Source of the DNA: Phoronis australis
Lineage: Eukaryota; Animalia; Phoronida
Direction: 5' to 3'
NCBI GenBank assembly: GCA_002633005.1
Contig: NMRA01000017.1
Location: forward strand, 829,740-893,739
Length of the DNA stretch: 64,000 nucleotides
The notes below the pieces were generated by a model. The model was not told the origin of the DNA. It saw only the letters and a list, made by a program, of their open reading frames with translations, and ran no database searches. A program made the translations under genes and the position numbers. Positions within the stretch are counted from its first letter, which is position 1. The number at the start of each line of letters is the position of its first letter. Shown here one piece after another: positions 25,974-38,800 of this stretch.

Positions 25974-27430
25974 AACTGGATATTTGCCCGCGTCCCGCCG
26001 TTGAAAATATTTTTATTATATAGATTACTTACCGCTGTAAAGATGTTGGTCGCAACTCTTTATTTACTCTGAGAATAGGTTTTTGTACTTGGAAAGACGG
26101 AAATGAAAGCTCGTTATTTCCCACTCCATGTTCGATACATAAACGATTCCTCGTGACAAGTCAACTTGTTTGGCCTTATCTCAAACAACAGCAAGTGTAA
26201 GTCGATCCTTCTCAAGGCCAGAAATCGTGTTTAATGTAAGAAACAAGTTGGGCCCAATTTCATAACTTTAGATGGTAAAAATGAAACGTTAGTGTCTTGG
26301 CAGAAGTGGGTCGAGTATACAACAGATTTAAACATTAGGCGAACATAGCAAATTTGAAAACCCGTCCAGTGGACGTAGCTGCCCTGGTTTCTTTGATCTC
26401 GCGCAGATTTCTGTTGTGAAAGTGGTTTCATCATGCTGAGCTTCGACTCCCTCTCTGGGTTTGATTGGCTCAAACTACAGATCACTGAGCATTGCTTGGC
26501 TTCACTGAAACATTGTTCCTACGTATTGTTTGTGTTACCGTTGGGTGAATTTGTCTTTTACCCACAATTCGTTTTTGTAGTGTCAAAATTGGCCCAGCGG
26601 AAATAGTAAAGTTGCGACTTGAGCTAGCTGTAAATCGGAGTATTCCAGCACATTGTTCAAAAACACGTGGCTAACAAAGAATAACACGATTGTGCTATTA
26701 GTGTATTTCGTACCGCCTGAGGCGAATTATTTGATGACAAATTTACGTAACCTGTCTGGCGATGTCTCAATTTCATGCACAATTCGAGACCCACTATTTT
26801 TGTCTAATGAATGAAGACATTGCTGTATATGTGTATTTAAGCCTATGTGCCTATATTCAAAATAATGTGCTTACTCAACTTTTGCTCAGTTTTTCTTATT
26901 TAGGTGCACAGGTCAATTCATTACGAATATAAGTACATCTTGTCGTACAGGCACTGCATCCGTGTATTTACGATAACGCTTGCACCAAACATGTAAAGAT
27001 GCTCAATTGTTTTGCTTCAATAAGCCAACATTCTAGCGGCTTAGCATGATCGGGGGTTTTGGACTGACGCGTTTTCTACATCCAATTATATTTTTTTGTC
27101 AACGGAGGTTTTTCCGAAATTTAATTTTTAGTAACCAAGCGATGAGATTCTTTCATGCTTGGTTCGTTTAGTAATTATTTAAACTATATTCGGTTATTTG
27201 TCATATCACTTCACGCAAATAAATCGTATTTAAAAGTAAACAAGCTTTCTTTTTGTTTCTTCCAATCACACGATGACACGCTACAAAAGGCTTCGTGAAA
27301 TACACATGAACATCACACAGAATGCAGTTAGAAGACAATGCCTGTTGCATGTTTTCTCTACGTACAGTCAACACACGAACAATGTTTACACGCGTAACGT
27401 TCCTAGATCGGAAGTCGGTTTGATGCCCAG

Positions 27431-27581
27431 CCTCCCGTTCAGTAACGCTAGGACCTAGCTTAAAAGCAAGACTTTGCGAGATTACGCGAGATATTGCCGT
27501 GTATTTTAAATAAGAGCACGTGACCTTGACTAGCTTTTGGCTAGGTCCTAGCGTAGGTCCTAGCGTCTACTGAACGCACGA
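27431..27581 (+). mobile_element. Short MITE with CAG target duplication, present in only one of two duplicated segments
   Basis: Filled site gatgcc-CAG-[element]-CAG-gtgtccattt; the matching site near 30405 reads gatgcc-CAG-gggtccattt (empty). Confidence 0.85.
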
Positions 27582-27838
27582 CAGGTGTCCATTTCATGAA
27601 AAGTGACTTCCGGTCAATACGTGATTAAAATCTAATTGTTTATCTAGGAAAATTTCATGTTTATCGCCAACGTCTTAAAAGCACTACTTCCAATTTGACA
27701 TACTTTAAAAGGGAAGTCTTCGAGTACTTCAAAATTGAAAAATACTTATTTTACAATAATCTAAAATTCGAAGATTTTAATAACAGATGGGCCCCTATGG
27801 TACTTTTATTTTGAGGCAGTTTATTTTTAGTCGTAAAN

Positions 27839-30661
27839 GGTTACGTCCGTTTGTGCAAAGCAAAAAGACCTTCGTCATTTACAAGAAATTTCACGAATGC
27901 GTCTATTTTGTTGGCGGTAAAATTGAAAGTGACTACGACCGTCACAGCAGTTATCCCAATAAGAAGCAAAGCGTCCCCTTTTCTATGTACCACTTCAATC
28001 GTTCCTGTTCTCTGGCTGAGGACTTGTGGACTCTGCGTCACTACGGTGAAGAGAAGAAAAGTCACGTGTATTACGTAGTATCTGTGTCAAACGACCTTGT
28101 ACATCTGCAGCGACTCCTTCAGCTATTTTCTGAAAAGCAAGATACTAAAGACAGTTCTCTTATTGTGGTCGACATGGGAACTTCAGAAACTAGAGTTCGG
28201 CAATCGGATATTAGGTCGTCGATCCCCACTCACTTGTTATACGTGGGGTCTCCTTTCTCGCGGAGCATCGGTCTGAAGAAAGGTATGGATCTCGTGACTT
28301 CACTGGCAAAACAAAATGGCCACGCAAATCCAATTGCGTTTGCCATTGATACATCAATTGTTATTCCAACAAACTTCAGTGATGTCATCCGACAGAATGT
28401 AAAATGTGGAATATCGGCATACGCGCCAATCTGTTACAAATTTAAAAACGAATCGGATGGATACTGGGTAAACACTGGCTACGGAATGATATCTATGTGT
28501 CTCAAGGACTATCACCTGGCAGGTGGTTATGACGATAGATGGGGTTACAAGTGGGGAGCTGAAGACGTCGACTTGTGCAATAGACTGAAGTCTGTCGCCA
28601 TGGTGCCCTACATTTCGCGGCCGCAACAAGAAGGATTTTACCACAAGCACAGTGGTAGCACACGAAAGACTTACAAAGGATACTATACAAAGAAGAACAT
28701 GTACGACAAACCACTTCCGGTAACTCCGCTGACGACAGCTATACCGGAAGATGGACTTGAGGAACGAGTCGCTGTGTTTGCGAAGTCTCGTCTGGAAGAA
28801 AAAACGCGTGACCTTAAGTTGAAATTTCTAAGCGCTCAACAGACGCCCGTGAACGAAGGAGAGCTAATATGGTATGATGTCCGCTTTTTGAATATCAACG
28901 ACGGTCGCAAATACTTTGCAATTATTGAGAGCGTGTTATCATGAAGCAGGATATTTGCTCGCGTCCCACCGTTGAAAATATTTTTATTATGTAGATTACT
29001 TACCGCTGTAAAGATGTTGGTCGCAACTCTTTATTTACTCTGAGAATAGGTTTTTGTACTTGGAAAGACGGAACTGAAAGCTCGTTATTTCCCACTCCAT
29101 GTTCGATACATAAACGATTCCTCGTGACAAGTCAACTTGTTTGGCCTTATCTCAAACAACAGCAAGTGTAAGTCGATCCTTCCCAAGGCCAGAAATCGTG
29201 TTTAATGTAAGAAACAAGTAGGGCCCAATTTCATAACTTTAGATGGTAAAAATGAAACGTTAGTGTCTTGGCAGAAGTGGGTCGAGTATACAACAGATTT
29301 AAACATTAGGCGAACATAGCAAATTTGAAAATCCGTCCAGTGGACGTAGCTGCCCTGGTTTCTTTGATCTCGCGCAGATTTCTGTTGTGAAAGTGGTTTC
29401 ATCATCATGCTGAGCTTCGACTCCCTCTCTGGGTTTGATTGGCTCAAGCTACAGATCACTGAGCATTGCTTGGCTTCACTGAAACATTGTTCCTACGTAT
29501 TGTTTGTGTTACCGTTGGGTGAATCTGTCTTTTACCCACAATTCGTTTTTGTAGTGTCAAAATTAGCCCAGCGGAAATAGTAAAGTTGCGACTAGAGCTA
29601 GCTGTAAATCGGAGTATTCCAGCACATTGTTCAAAAACACGTGGCTAACAAAGAATAACACGATTGTGCTATTAGTGTATTTCGTACCGCCTGAGGCGAA
29701 TTATTTGATGACAAATTTACGTAACCTGTCTGGCGATGTCTCAGTTTCATGCACAATTCGAGCCCCACTATTTTTGTCTAATGAATGAAGACATTGCTGT
29801 ATATATGTATTTAAGCCTATGTGCCTATATTCAAAATAATGTGCTTATTCAATTTTTGCTCAGTTTTTCTTATTTAGGTGCACAGGTCAATTCATTACGG
29901 ATATGAATACGTCTTGCCGTACAGGCAACTGCATCCGGGTATTTACGATAACGCTTGCACTAAACACCTAAAGATGCTCAATTGTTTTGCTTCAATAAGC
30001 CAACATTCTAGCGGCTTAGCATGATCGGGGGTTTTGGACTGACGCATTTTCTACGTCCAATTATATTTTGTTTTTGTCAACGGAGGTTTTTCCGAAATTT
30101 AATTTTTAGTAACCAAGCGATGAGATTCTTTCATGCTTGGTTCGTTTAGTAATTATTTAAATTATATTCGGTTATTTATCATATCACTTCACGCAAATAA
30201 ATCGTATTTAAAAGTAAACAAGCTTTCTTTTGTTTCTGCCAATCACACGATGACACGCTACAAAAGGCTTCGTGAAATACAGATGGACATCACACAGAAT
30301 GCAGTTAGAAGACAATGCCTGTTGCAAGTTTTCTCTCCGTACAGTCAACACACGAACAATGTTTACACGCGTAAGGTTCCTAGATCGGAAGCCGGTCTGA
30401 TGCCCAGGGGTCCATTTCATGAAAAGTGATTTCCGGTCAATACGTGATTAAAATCTAATTGTTTATCTAGGAAAATTTCATGTTTATCGCCAACTTCTTA
30501 AAAGCACTACTTCCACTTTGACATACTTTAAAAGGGAAGTCTTCGAGTACTTCAAAATTGAAAAATACTTATTTTACAATAATCTAAAATTCGAAAATTT
30601 TAATAACAGATGGGCCCCTATGGTACTTTTATTTTGAGGCAGTTTTATTTTTAGTCGTAAA
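27839..30661 (+). repeat. Near-identical second copy of 24868-27837 (3' part of glycosyltransferase last exon plus 3' flank); probably an uncollapsed allelic haplotype
   Basis: Starts right after the N at 27838, in mid-exon with no splice acceptor. Differs by scattered SNPs (QYG vs QNG, otherwise mostly synonymous), small indels and the MITE. Coding part 27839-28944. Confidence 0.85.
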
Positions 30662-31175
30662 TAACCCCCACCACGAGTGTGCATGTACGTATGTATGTGG
30701 GTATCGATGTTTTCTCTTCATTTTACATGTTTAATAAAAAGTTTCTGAGACTATAAACATAACTGCTAAATACTGAGATACATTTTATAAAATATCCCAA
30801 GACTCACTGTTGCTTATTACTTGCCTAAACCTTGATTCAGCATTTGTGAAGCGGGGTGTAAGACAAAATTTACGTCTTACGTCAACTTTTATGAAGCATA
30901 TCTAGGAAAACATAAATTGAACTGTTTAATGCCGTTGTCGAAAACCTGTGCAAGCACTGAGATTACCTGTTAGCTACTATGAAACCTGTTTACATGTAAA
31001 GACTTTGATAGTTGATTTGTGCGTAGAGATTTTACCACCTGTCATGCAGAGAGGCCAGAGAGAAAAGGACACTTGCTTGTGAGGGTATAGACTATAGACT
31101 ATAGATTCCTCGGAAAAGGGGTATAATATGCGGCAGTTTGTACGCGATAAACGGAAACAAGTCTGGGATGGACGA

Positions 31176-31176
<1 letters not shown>

Positions 31177-31215
<39 letters not shown>
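31177..31215. repeat. (TG)n microsatellite
   Basis: About 19 uninterrupted TG units. Confidence 0.95.
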
Positions 31216-31216
<1 letters not shown>

Positions 31217-31928
31217 GCGCTGGTAGAAAAGCGTAGAGCAGTTATTTCTGACATGGACTGTGAATAACACGACTGTTCTACCATTGTAATTCACACCTCC
31301 TGAGGCGAATTATTGGAGGGCANGGGGGGGGCAATGGAGCCATGCCTAAAATTCTCCCAGGTACCATCTGGCAGTTCGGTGTGCGAATTGCTGACTAGCA
31401 TATGCGCGTACTCAGGGGGACTCGGCTCGGGGGGGGGGGCGAATGCACAATGCATAGGCCTTGAACAAACCCCGTTTGCCGTTTTGTTTTTTGGTAAAAA
31501 GGTCCACAAACCCAAAGATTAGAGACCCCTGCATCCCTACATTTTAGGCTAAGCGCGCATGTGGCGAAATTCTGGTTATTTCTGTGCTCTGCCCCCAACT
31601 CAAAATCCTGGATCCTCCCCTGGGTCTGAGCGGAATGTCGACGTAAACAGCGCAGTTAATTGAACCGTTCATACTGGCTTCGATAATTAATGAACATCGA
31701 AGTAAACGGCAAGTGAGGCTGTCGTCAGCGCTGCACGCTAAAATTTTTTTCAATGTTACCATTTGGGAACATTTACATGTGCTAATTGACATTAAACTTA
31801 TTTTTAAATCCATTGGTTATTATTAGAGCATGATATGAGCAGCTATTAGTGACGCCACTACCCTGTAATTGTTGACGATAACAGTGGAACCATCGACGCG
31901 TCGACGTTAGTATGAAAGGCTCTAATGT

Positions 31929-34055
31929 GACAACTTCAAAGAGCATTTATTAGATTTTAGCTTAAACATTTTTTACGAAAGCTAGCCTAAATGCAATTTA
32001 CAATTGCTAAATTTTAACTAAAATTATTGACAAAAAGTAACTGGGTTTACTATTACGCAAGTGCGTTATTGTATCCGCCATGTGGTTGAAAGTTTTAGAC
32101 GCGTGGAGTTTTTCGGCAAAAACAAATCCTGCTATCGTCTCAGGTTAATGATATGGGCAAAACCTCTTGGAATTTTTGTCAAAATTCCGAGGATTAATTT
32201 CCAGGAGAGTTCGCCCATGTCATAAACATGACTGAGACGAGTGCAGGTATTTCTATTTCTCACATGAACTGGAACGATTGGTTAATAACACCAATTTTAC
32301 CTCAGTATAAGCCTCGAATGGCCAATGCAACCGTGTAATAACCCATTTAGTTATTTCACTAGAGAAATATCATTTTTGCGGGAAGCGATGCCGGTTTCGA
32401 ACCCGGTCCGCAAGAGTTTCGAGTCGTCGACTTTACCACTGCACCACTCAGCGGCTGACGTCATCGAACTTGAAAATACTTTGAGCATGTGCAACAATCG
32501 CATGTTCAACAAAGGGTATTCGGTACTGATGATTTATACGCTGTGAAAAATAAGACGCATAATTTCCATAAAAACGATATTTAAATTCAGTGAAATTTTG
32601 CTCTCATGTTCTCTCACTTGTAAATCACCGATCTCTAATTTGAATGCGGATATTGTGTCGTCAGGATCCTTTGGCTTGAGCATTATACTCAGTTACCAGT
32701 GGTAACCTACTTTAGCATACGAAATTTTCCCGGTCGTAGCTTAGCGTGATAAAATGTGTAGTAAGCTATAATAGTTGCTAAACCTTAATTTATTTATTCA
32801 CTTTATTTTTAATTTGTTTAAATTTTCAATTGGTTTTGAGTAAAAGCATTATTTGATAAAAATAGCTCGGCTTTTCTTAAAAGGTCACGACCTCCGACTC
32901 CGGGCCTCTGACATAGAAAGTAGTTACAAAGCCGAGGCGAGTCGAGAAAGGTAGATCGATTCATTGCAATGTTTAACAGTGTTGGAAAAAATGGCGTTCT
33001 ACCGTTATTCTGCTGCTAAAGTTGTGGAGCGATCTCTAGCGACGGCTTTCGGGACCATGAAATATTGCGCCACCTATTGGCCAGTTTCTTTTTTCGCCGA
33101 TTCTTCAATCAACGGTACTTCTTCCACGAGGTTGCGTAGATGCCACAACAAATTATCGAAACTTGTTTCATTTAGTTACAAGCGTTTAGAACTTTGATAC
33201 CGAAAAACCGAATTTCAGAGCAAATTTTGCTGCTGCGAAGTTGTCGCAAAAATTTAAGTTAGGAAATGGAGCGTGCGCGTGACACGAGCGTACCGTTTTC
33301 AAAACCACAACATACTTTTCATTGCTACAAAAGGTCCAGAATAACTTTGTTGCATTGTTTTTCACTTAAACGGTTGTAACGGGCAGGGTGATTGTCGGTT
33401 GATTCCCAGATTTTGCATGCACCCTGTCCGGTCTTTAGCTTTACATGTTGAAACAAGTTTCACGGCAAGGTGACGAGCAAAACTACCCTGGCTGTGTGCA
33501 ATTTCGGGGTCTATGAAAGAAAAACATGACAGTGGTACCTAGCTGTATTTTGACGACAGTTTTCATACAGCTAGTTTGCTGGCTAATCGTCATTGCAATG
33601 TTTCTCGTTCACGTATGTGGTACAAATAGATTATTACATGTTCTCAGTCGTGCCCCCTTATCTAAAGCCCTCGTGGTTTTTGGAGAATTATCGCCCGAGG
33701 GGCGTCAACCCTGCTGACTTATTTATAAACATTTGCAAGTTTTAATGTTACAACTTCAGAGTTTCAATTAAATTCTAACTTGAACGTTGGTTACGAAAGC
33801 TAACTGCAATTTACACTGTTAAGTTCAAACTAAAATTATTAACAAAAAGTAACTGTGTTTACATTGCCCAAGTATGCTTTTACAAAATTTGCGTCATGTC
33901 ACTGAAAGTTTTAGACACGTCAAGTTTTTTGGCCAAGAGGTCGTTTTTAGGGTTCATGTGAGAAAACAAATCCTACACTTGTCTCAGGCAAGCCTCGGGA
34001 TTTTGACAAAATTTCCAACAGGTTGTGCCCATGTCATAAACCTGGAACTCGTGTA
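31929..34055 (+). repeat. Diverged ~300-bp direct repeat pair (about 31929-32240 and 33769-34055)
   Basis: Shared blocks acaacttca, tgcaatttaca, actaaaattatt.acaaaaagtaactg.gtttac, tgaaagttttagac.cgt, aaaacaaatcct, gcccatgtcataaac. Confidence 0.7.
32385..32452 (-). mobile_element. tRNA-derived SINE head or tRNA pseudogene
   Basis: Minus strand has A box TGGTGCAGTGG and B box GGTTCGAAACC at tRNA spacing, but no good acceptor stem. Confidence 0.55.
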
Positions 34056-35088
34056 GGATTCTCTTAAGGCTAAATGGTACAGTAGGCGCGTCATTTCAAA
34101 GTGAGTTACAACCTATTGATCTACAACTGGGTGACTCAAAACACCCATTCATAGATACAGTTGTACCTTTATAATTAAAATTGACTTCACTAAACACTGA
34201 CAGAAACCATTTTACATGAGTAAGAATTAAATTAGACCAGTTCCCAGTTAAGTTTTTGTAGTTTGTAATATCACATGGCATTTTAAGTTTAGGTTTAGAT
34301 TAAATGCTGACTTCACAGTTTTTCAGAAAACCATTAAGCGCTTCTGGAAAAAAGTCTTCATAAATTCACAGTACCTAGCACGCAACCGTGGTTATCATTC
34401 TTAATTTAACTTGCGCCAACATCTGTCTTTCTAGGCCATAATATGATCTTTCAAAATATGCAAAACATATAAAAAAACACTTACAGCTACATTCGAGCGC
34501 TTTCCGATTAATTTCTGAAAGACTGTTTTACTGTTTAAAGGGCGAAAACGCATTTTTGGAATTGCAGTTGGATGGGATATCGGATTTCATAAATTTATTA
34601 GCTTTCACCAGAGCAAAAAAAGAACAAAATCCTTTCATTTTTTGTGATGTTATTATATCGCCAATTCTCGCTTTCTCTTAAATCAAGTAAGGTGACGTTA
34701 CCAGTTAAAACACGGGGATTGGTTGAAATCATCAAAACAGGGTTAACTATCCTTTTAACAAACCGACTATTTTTGTTATTGAAAACTTATGATACCTGAT
34801 ATCAAAAGTAATTTTGCTGGCTTCAGTAAGTCTTTTAAGCTCGTTGTTATACCAGACGAAAGACTGCACGTACTTTGAGCAGTTAACAAAGGAGCCAGAT
34901 GTACTATCAAGAAGGTTAAATAATTGAGCTGGAGAAGACTCAGTCTAATTATGGGGTGTTGTGGTACACGTTGTACCAGACGTGCGCATTGCATTGATCA
35001 CTGACCTGGAACCATTTTTATGCTTGATTAATATATAAATAAAACCGAGCTGAGGAGCTAGACGGACCTGACTCAAGGGGCTAGCAGT

Positions 35089-35163
35089 GTGCCCCAGTGG
35101 GACTCGAACCCACGACCTTGAGTAGGCTAAAGGAAGCGGACACCTATCACACTATGCTACACT
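35089..35163 (-). mobile_element. tRNA-derived SINE head or tRNA pseudogene
   Basis: Minus strand gtagcatagtgtgatagg...gtcgtgggttcgagtcccactggggcac: degenerate A box and a good T-arm/B box (gtggGTTCGAGTcccac). Confidence 0.55.
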
Positions 35164-35859
35164 GCCTGCTCTAAACAAAAAGAAAATGAACATGTTGTTT
35201 TGGATCGTTGATTTTGCCGTGTTGAACGATCCAAGTTTAATTTTTTAACGCGCGTGAAAAGTTAATTTGTGAAATAAAGTTGATATATCAACAGGCCAAG
35301 ATACACCCATTATCTGAATTCCAAAAGAGACCGCTTGTAATGCACGCAGACCTTTGCCTTCAAATATGTGTGGTTGGACCATCTTTCTCCGACATCCAAG
35401 ATCCACCACTGCAGACTTTATGTAAATACCCACTCATGAGTAAAAAAAGATAGGCCTCATGTTTGTGAGTCAGGTTTTCCGAGTTCACGGCGATACGATG
35501 GGCTTTGGACGCCTACTTACCTCTATTGAATTTTACCACTACAGCACTGTGATCGGGAGTAGGCCGTAGTAGGCCTAACCGTTCAGTGGCTCATTGTCAA
35601 CCAACACTAGGCTGGCCATACGAATAATTCATGGATTAGTTAAGCTCCGAAGGCGCAAGAAGCTTGAGATCACGCGATGCGTATGTAATACATAGAGAAA
35701 TGCTGCAAAGTCAAGGCAAGCGTGATTTTTTCGTTTTCGCGAGCTTCTTGTCTTGCGTGTTCATTGCACAATAGTCTCAATGGGAGTAGGCCTACCTATT
35801 CCACTAGGTGTCGGTAGCATAGCTACAGCTATTGCAGAGGTACACCAGTGTCGCGCAAG

Positions 35860-38800
35860 ATGCCTGCGAGAGTACCTATCTTCGAAAGTCTTTTAAATTA
35901 CCTGGTGGAAAATCCAGTGTATATTGTGTTGGGCTTCGCTTTGTATGTGCTTGTCTGGGGCATATCAGTGTTGTTTTCAAAGCCTAATCCTGGAAAAAAC
36001 CCGTTCCTGTTTGATACAGCTCGTAAACCTGCTCCACTTGTTACGGATCATGGCGCGAGGGACAAAGTCCTTAAACAAGGTGAATAGCCTGTAACCGGGG
36101 CTCAGAAAGTGATGTCAGTGGAACATAAGATGTAGTTACCCATCAGATAGTTACTGTCCCCTATAAATTCATATCTGGCTTGTCCTTTTACAGCATTAGT
36201 TGTAACCTTGGTGCAAAGCATAGAAAATGTAGTTGACGTTTGCCTTCACTCAGAAGTTCAGCTAGCTGCATCTCTGTCGTAATTTTTTAATTCAGTGTTT
36301 GTTATGAAATATTCAGTACAATGAATATACACATCCAGAAAGCACCAAGAGCCAATGTATCTGGCTTCATTAATTCATTAGTTTGTAAAAGCTTGGTATT
36401 AAGCCTAGCCAGATCAGGTCACAGGCGTCCTCAGCTTCTGATCGTCTCCAATCCAATACACTATATATACTACAAGACTCGGGACTATAGGAATTCCATG
36501 GGTGTGTAGTGAGAGCCAAGATTACCCGACCTCAGAAATCGAACCAGCGACCCCCATAAAACCGCCAAGCGTGCTAACCATTCAGTTAATAGGCAATTGC
36601 CCGTCTCAGCGAGTGGCTAACAGAGGCTCATATGATTCACCGGAAGCACTTTCACAACATTCCCCTAGGCATGCCACCAGGAAGTTGAACACCAGGATGT
36701 CTCCCATACGTAGGTCATCAACGGCCCTTGGTACTTTTACCACCACAACACTGGTGAACACAAGGTAGTCTCTGATACTCAGCTGGTCCTTGACTCCTGC
36801 AACCTTCCATGCGTGCCGTCCCAAGGTCCGCGGGTACTAGTTGGCAGTGCTTCATCGGTAGATCATCCATCCTGCCGACTACGCCATTTGTAGTAATAGC
36901 CGAGATTACCCGACCTCGGGAATCGAACCAGCGACCCCCATAAAACTGGCAAGCGTGCTAACTATTCAGCTAATAGGCAATTGCCCGTTAGCGAGTGGCA
37001 AACAGAGGCTCATGTGATTCACCGGAAGCACTTTTACAACAGGTGCTTCACTTCAGCCGTCCATATCAAACCCATAACTTAATAAATTTACACAAGCCAG
37101 GGGTTCTACAAACCGTGAGCAATTGTTCTTTCTTCTGATGGCATTTACGGTGTCCTGCTCGGACAGCAAGTTCGCAACAAATTCGCGGTCAAAGCACCCG
37201 AGTGTCATACCTTGTAGTACACATAAAGTGTATTGGGGAAATTCAAAAGCTGAGGATGCCTGTGGACTAGGTAAGAAAATGAGTCCAGAAATTTTAATAT
37301 TGTCACAATTTTTGTCTCTGAGTTGACCTCACACAATTGCCTATTAGTTTAATTTCAAAACAGGAAAGGCGTGCTTTCAAAGTGGAAACTACATGATAAT
37401 TTTGAGTCATGCTGGCCATTGCATCTGAACTGTAAAGTAATATCACGTCCCATAGGGACTCCCAGTTTTCACAGCAACATTTCTGGAAACACAAGACATT
37501 GGTTTATCACAACAAGTTTATTTTCTGCAGTTTTGAGAACCTACCATTCCAAAGTTACATACATGCATATGGGTCATGAAGTGCTGTGCAAATGACCTGT
37601 TTTTTCCAATTATGGCATATGTAGGTCAGATTGCTATATTATAGATCAATGTGGACCTTACCTGTGGCAACCAATACTATGACCAGATAGTTGGGAAACC
37701 AAGGCAGAGTGCAATGTAAATGCTTCTGTCTGATGCTTGCGAATGGAAAGAAAGTCAGCGCGACACAATTTTTAGTACTGGACGATGATCTTATTTATTT
37801 TTAATCTTAACTTATACAAAAAGACTTGTAAGAAGCTTTAGCTCATTATTCTGAGTTATTTAATACTTTGTGATTAAATGTAAATCTTTTCCCACAAATT
37901 TTAAGTATGACGTGTAGAGTTACCCCAGGATTGTTATTCGGGTTTTTGTTCAGAAGATGTAAATTAATCGATTTCTAAACCATGCTAATCACATGTTCAC
38001 CATTCAGGTTTTAGCATGAAGAAAATTCCTGATAACCTCGATGTCATAGTTATCGGTAGTGGTATGGGAGGTTTGACTGTGGCAGCCATCTTGGCCAAAG
38101 CTGGAAAGAAAGTGTTAGTGCTGGAACAGCATGACCAGGCTGGAGGATGTTGCCATACGTTTTTAGACAAGGGATATGAGTTTGACGTGGGTGAGTACGT
38201 GAAACATCTAGCCAATTGGGTGTGTTGTCTAACCTATTGACAGGTTTTTACGAGCACGGGGGAAGAAATTGTATGGCATCTATGTGTCCCTGGATGTTTG
38301 GCTAAAATAATAAAACAAAACGATCATAGTTGATTGAATTCTTATTAATTATTATTTAAGTGCCGTCAATGTGCGAAACCACTTACTGCCGGCAAAGCAC
38401 TTTGGCCACTTACAGAAATGTGCTTCATTTCTGTGGCTATAGGATGAAATTATTCATCATTATGCTTTTAAAGCTCACACACATGACCTTGCAAAGTGAT
38501 GTTTAAATGTTCTTTCCATGTTTTCTAGTTTGTATCTAAAATATAGTGTACAGTAAAATGATTGGAAGGTTTTTATCTAAGTAGATTCTGGGAATTTGAC
38601 ATTATGAAATCAGCCTTTTACCATGTTCCTGAGTCATGAAACTCAAAATAAATTTATGCAAAAAGAAAGGCCAACTTGCTGGGTTTTCTCTGTGTGTTCT
38701 GAGATGGGATGTTCCCCATAATTTTGGGAAATTGTACACGATGTCCCTGGAAAAGGTGTGTGATGTGCAGCTACAATCATTTGATGATAGCCATTTTGTG

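Noticed and set aside
27787-28944. 385-aa ORF as a separate glycosyltransferase gene
   Set aside because: Its N-terminus is 3'-flank sequence read through an N; the rest is a near-identical copy of the previous exon with no acceptor or upstream exons.
32385-35163. Functional tRNA genes at 32385-32452 and 35089-35163
   Set aside because: A/B boxes are present but acceptor and anticodon stems do not pair well; more consistent with SINE heads or pseudogenes.
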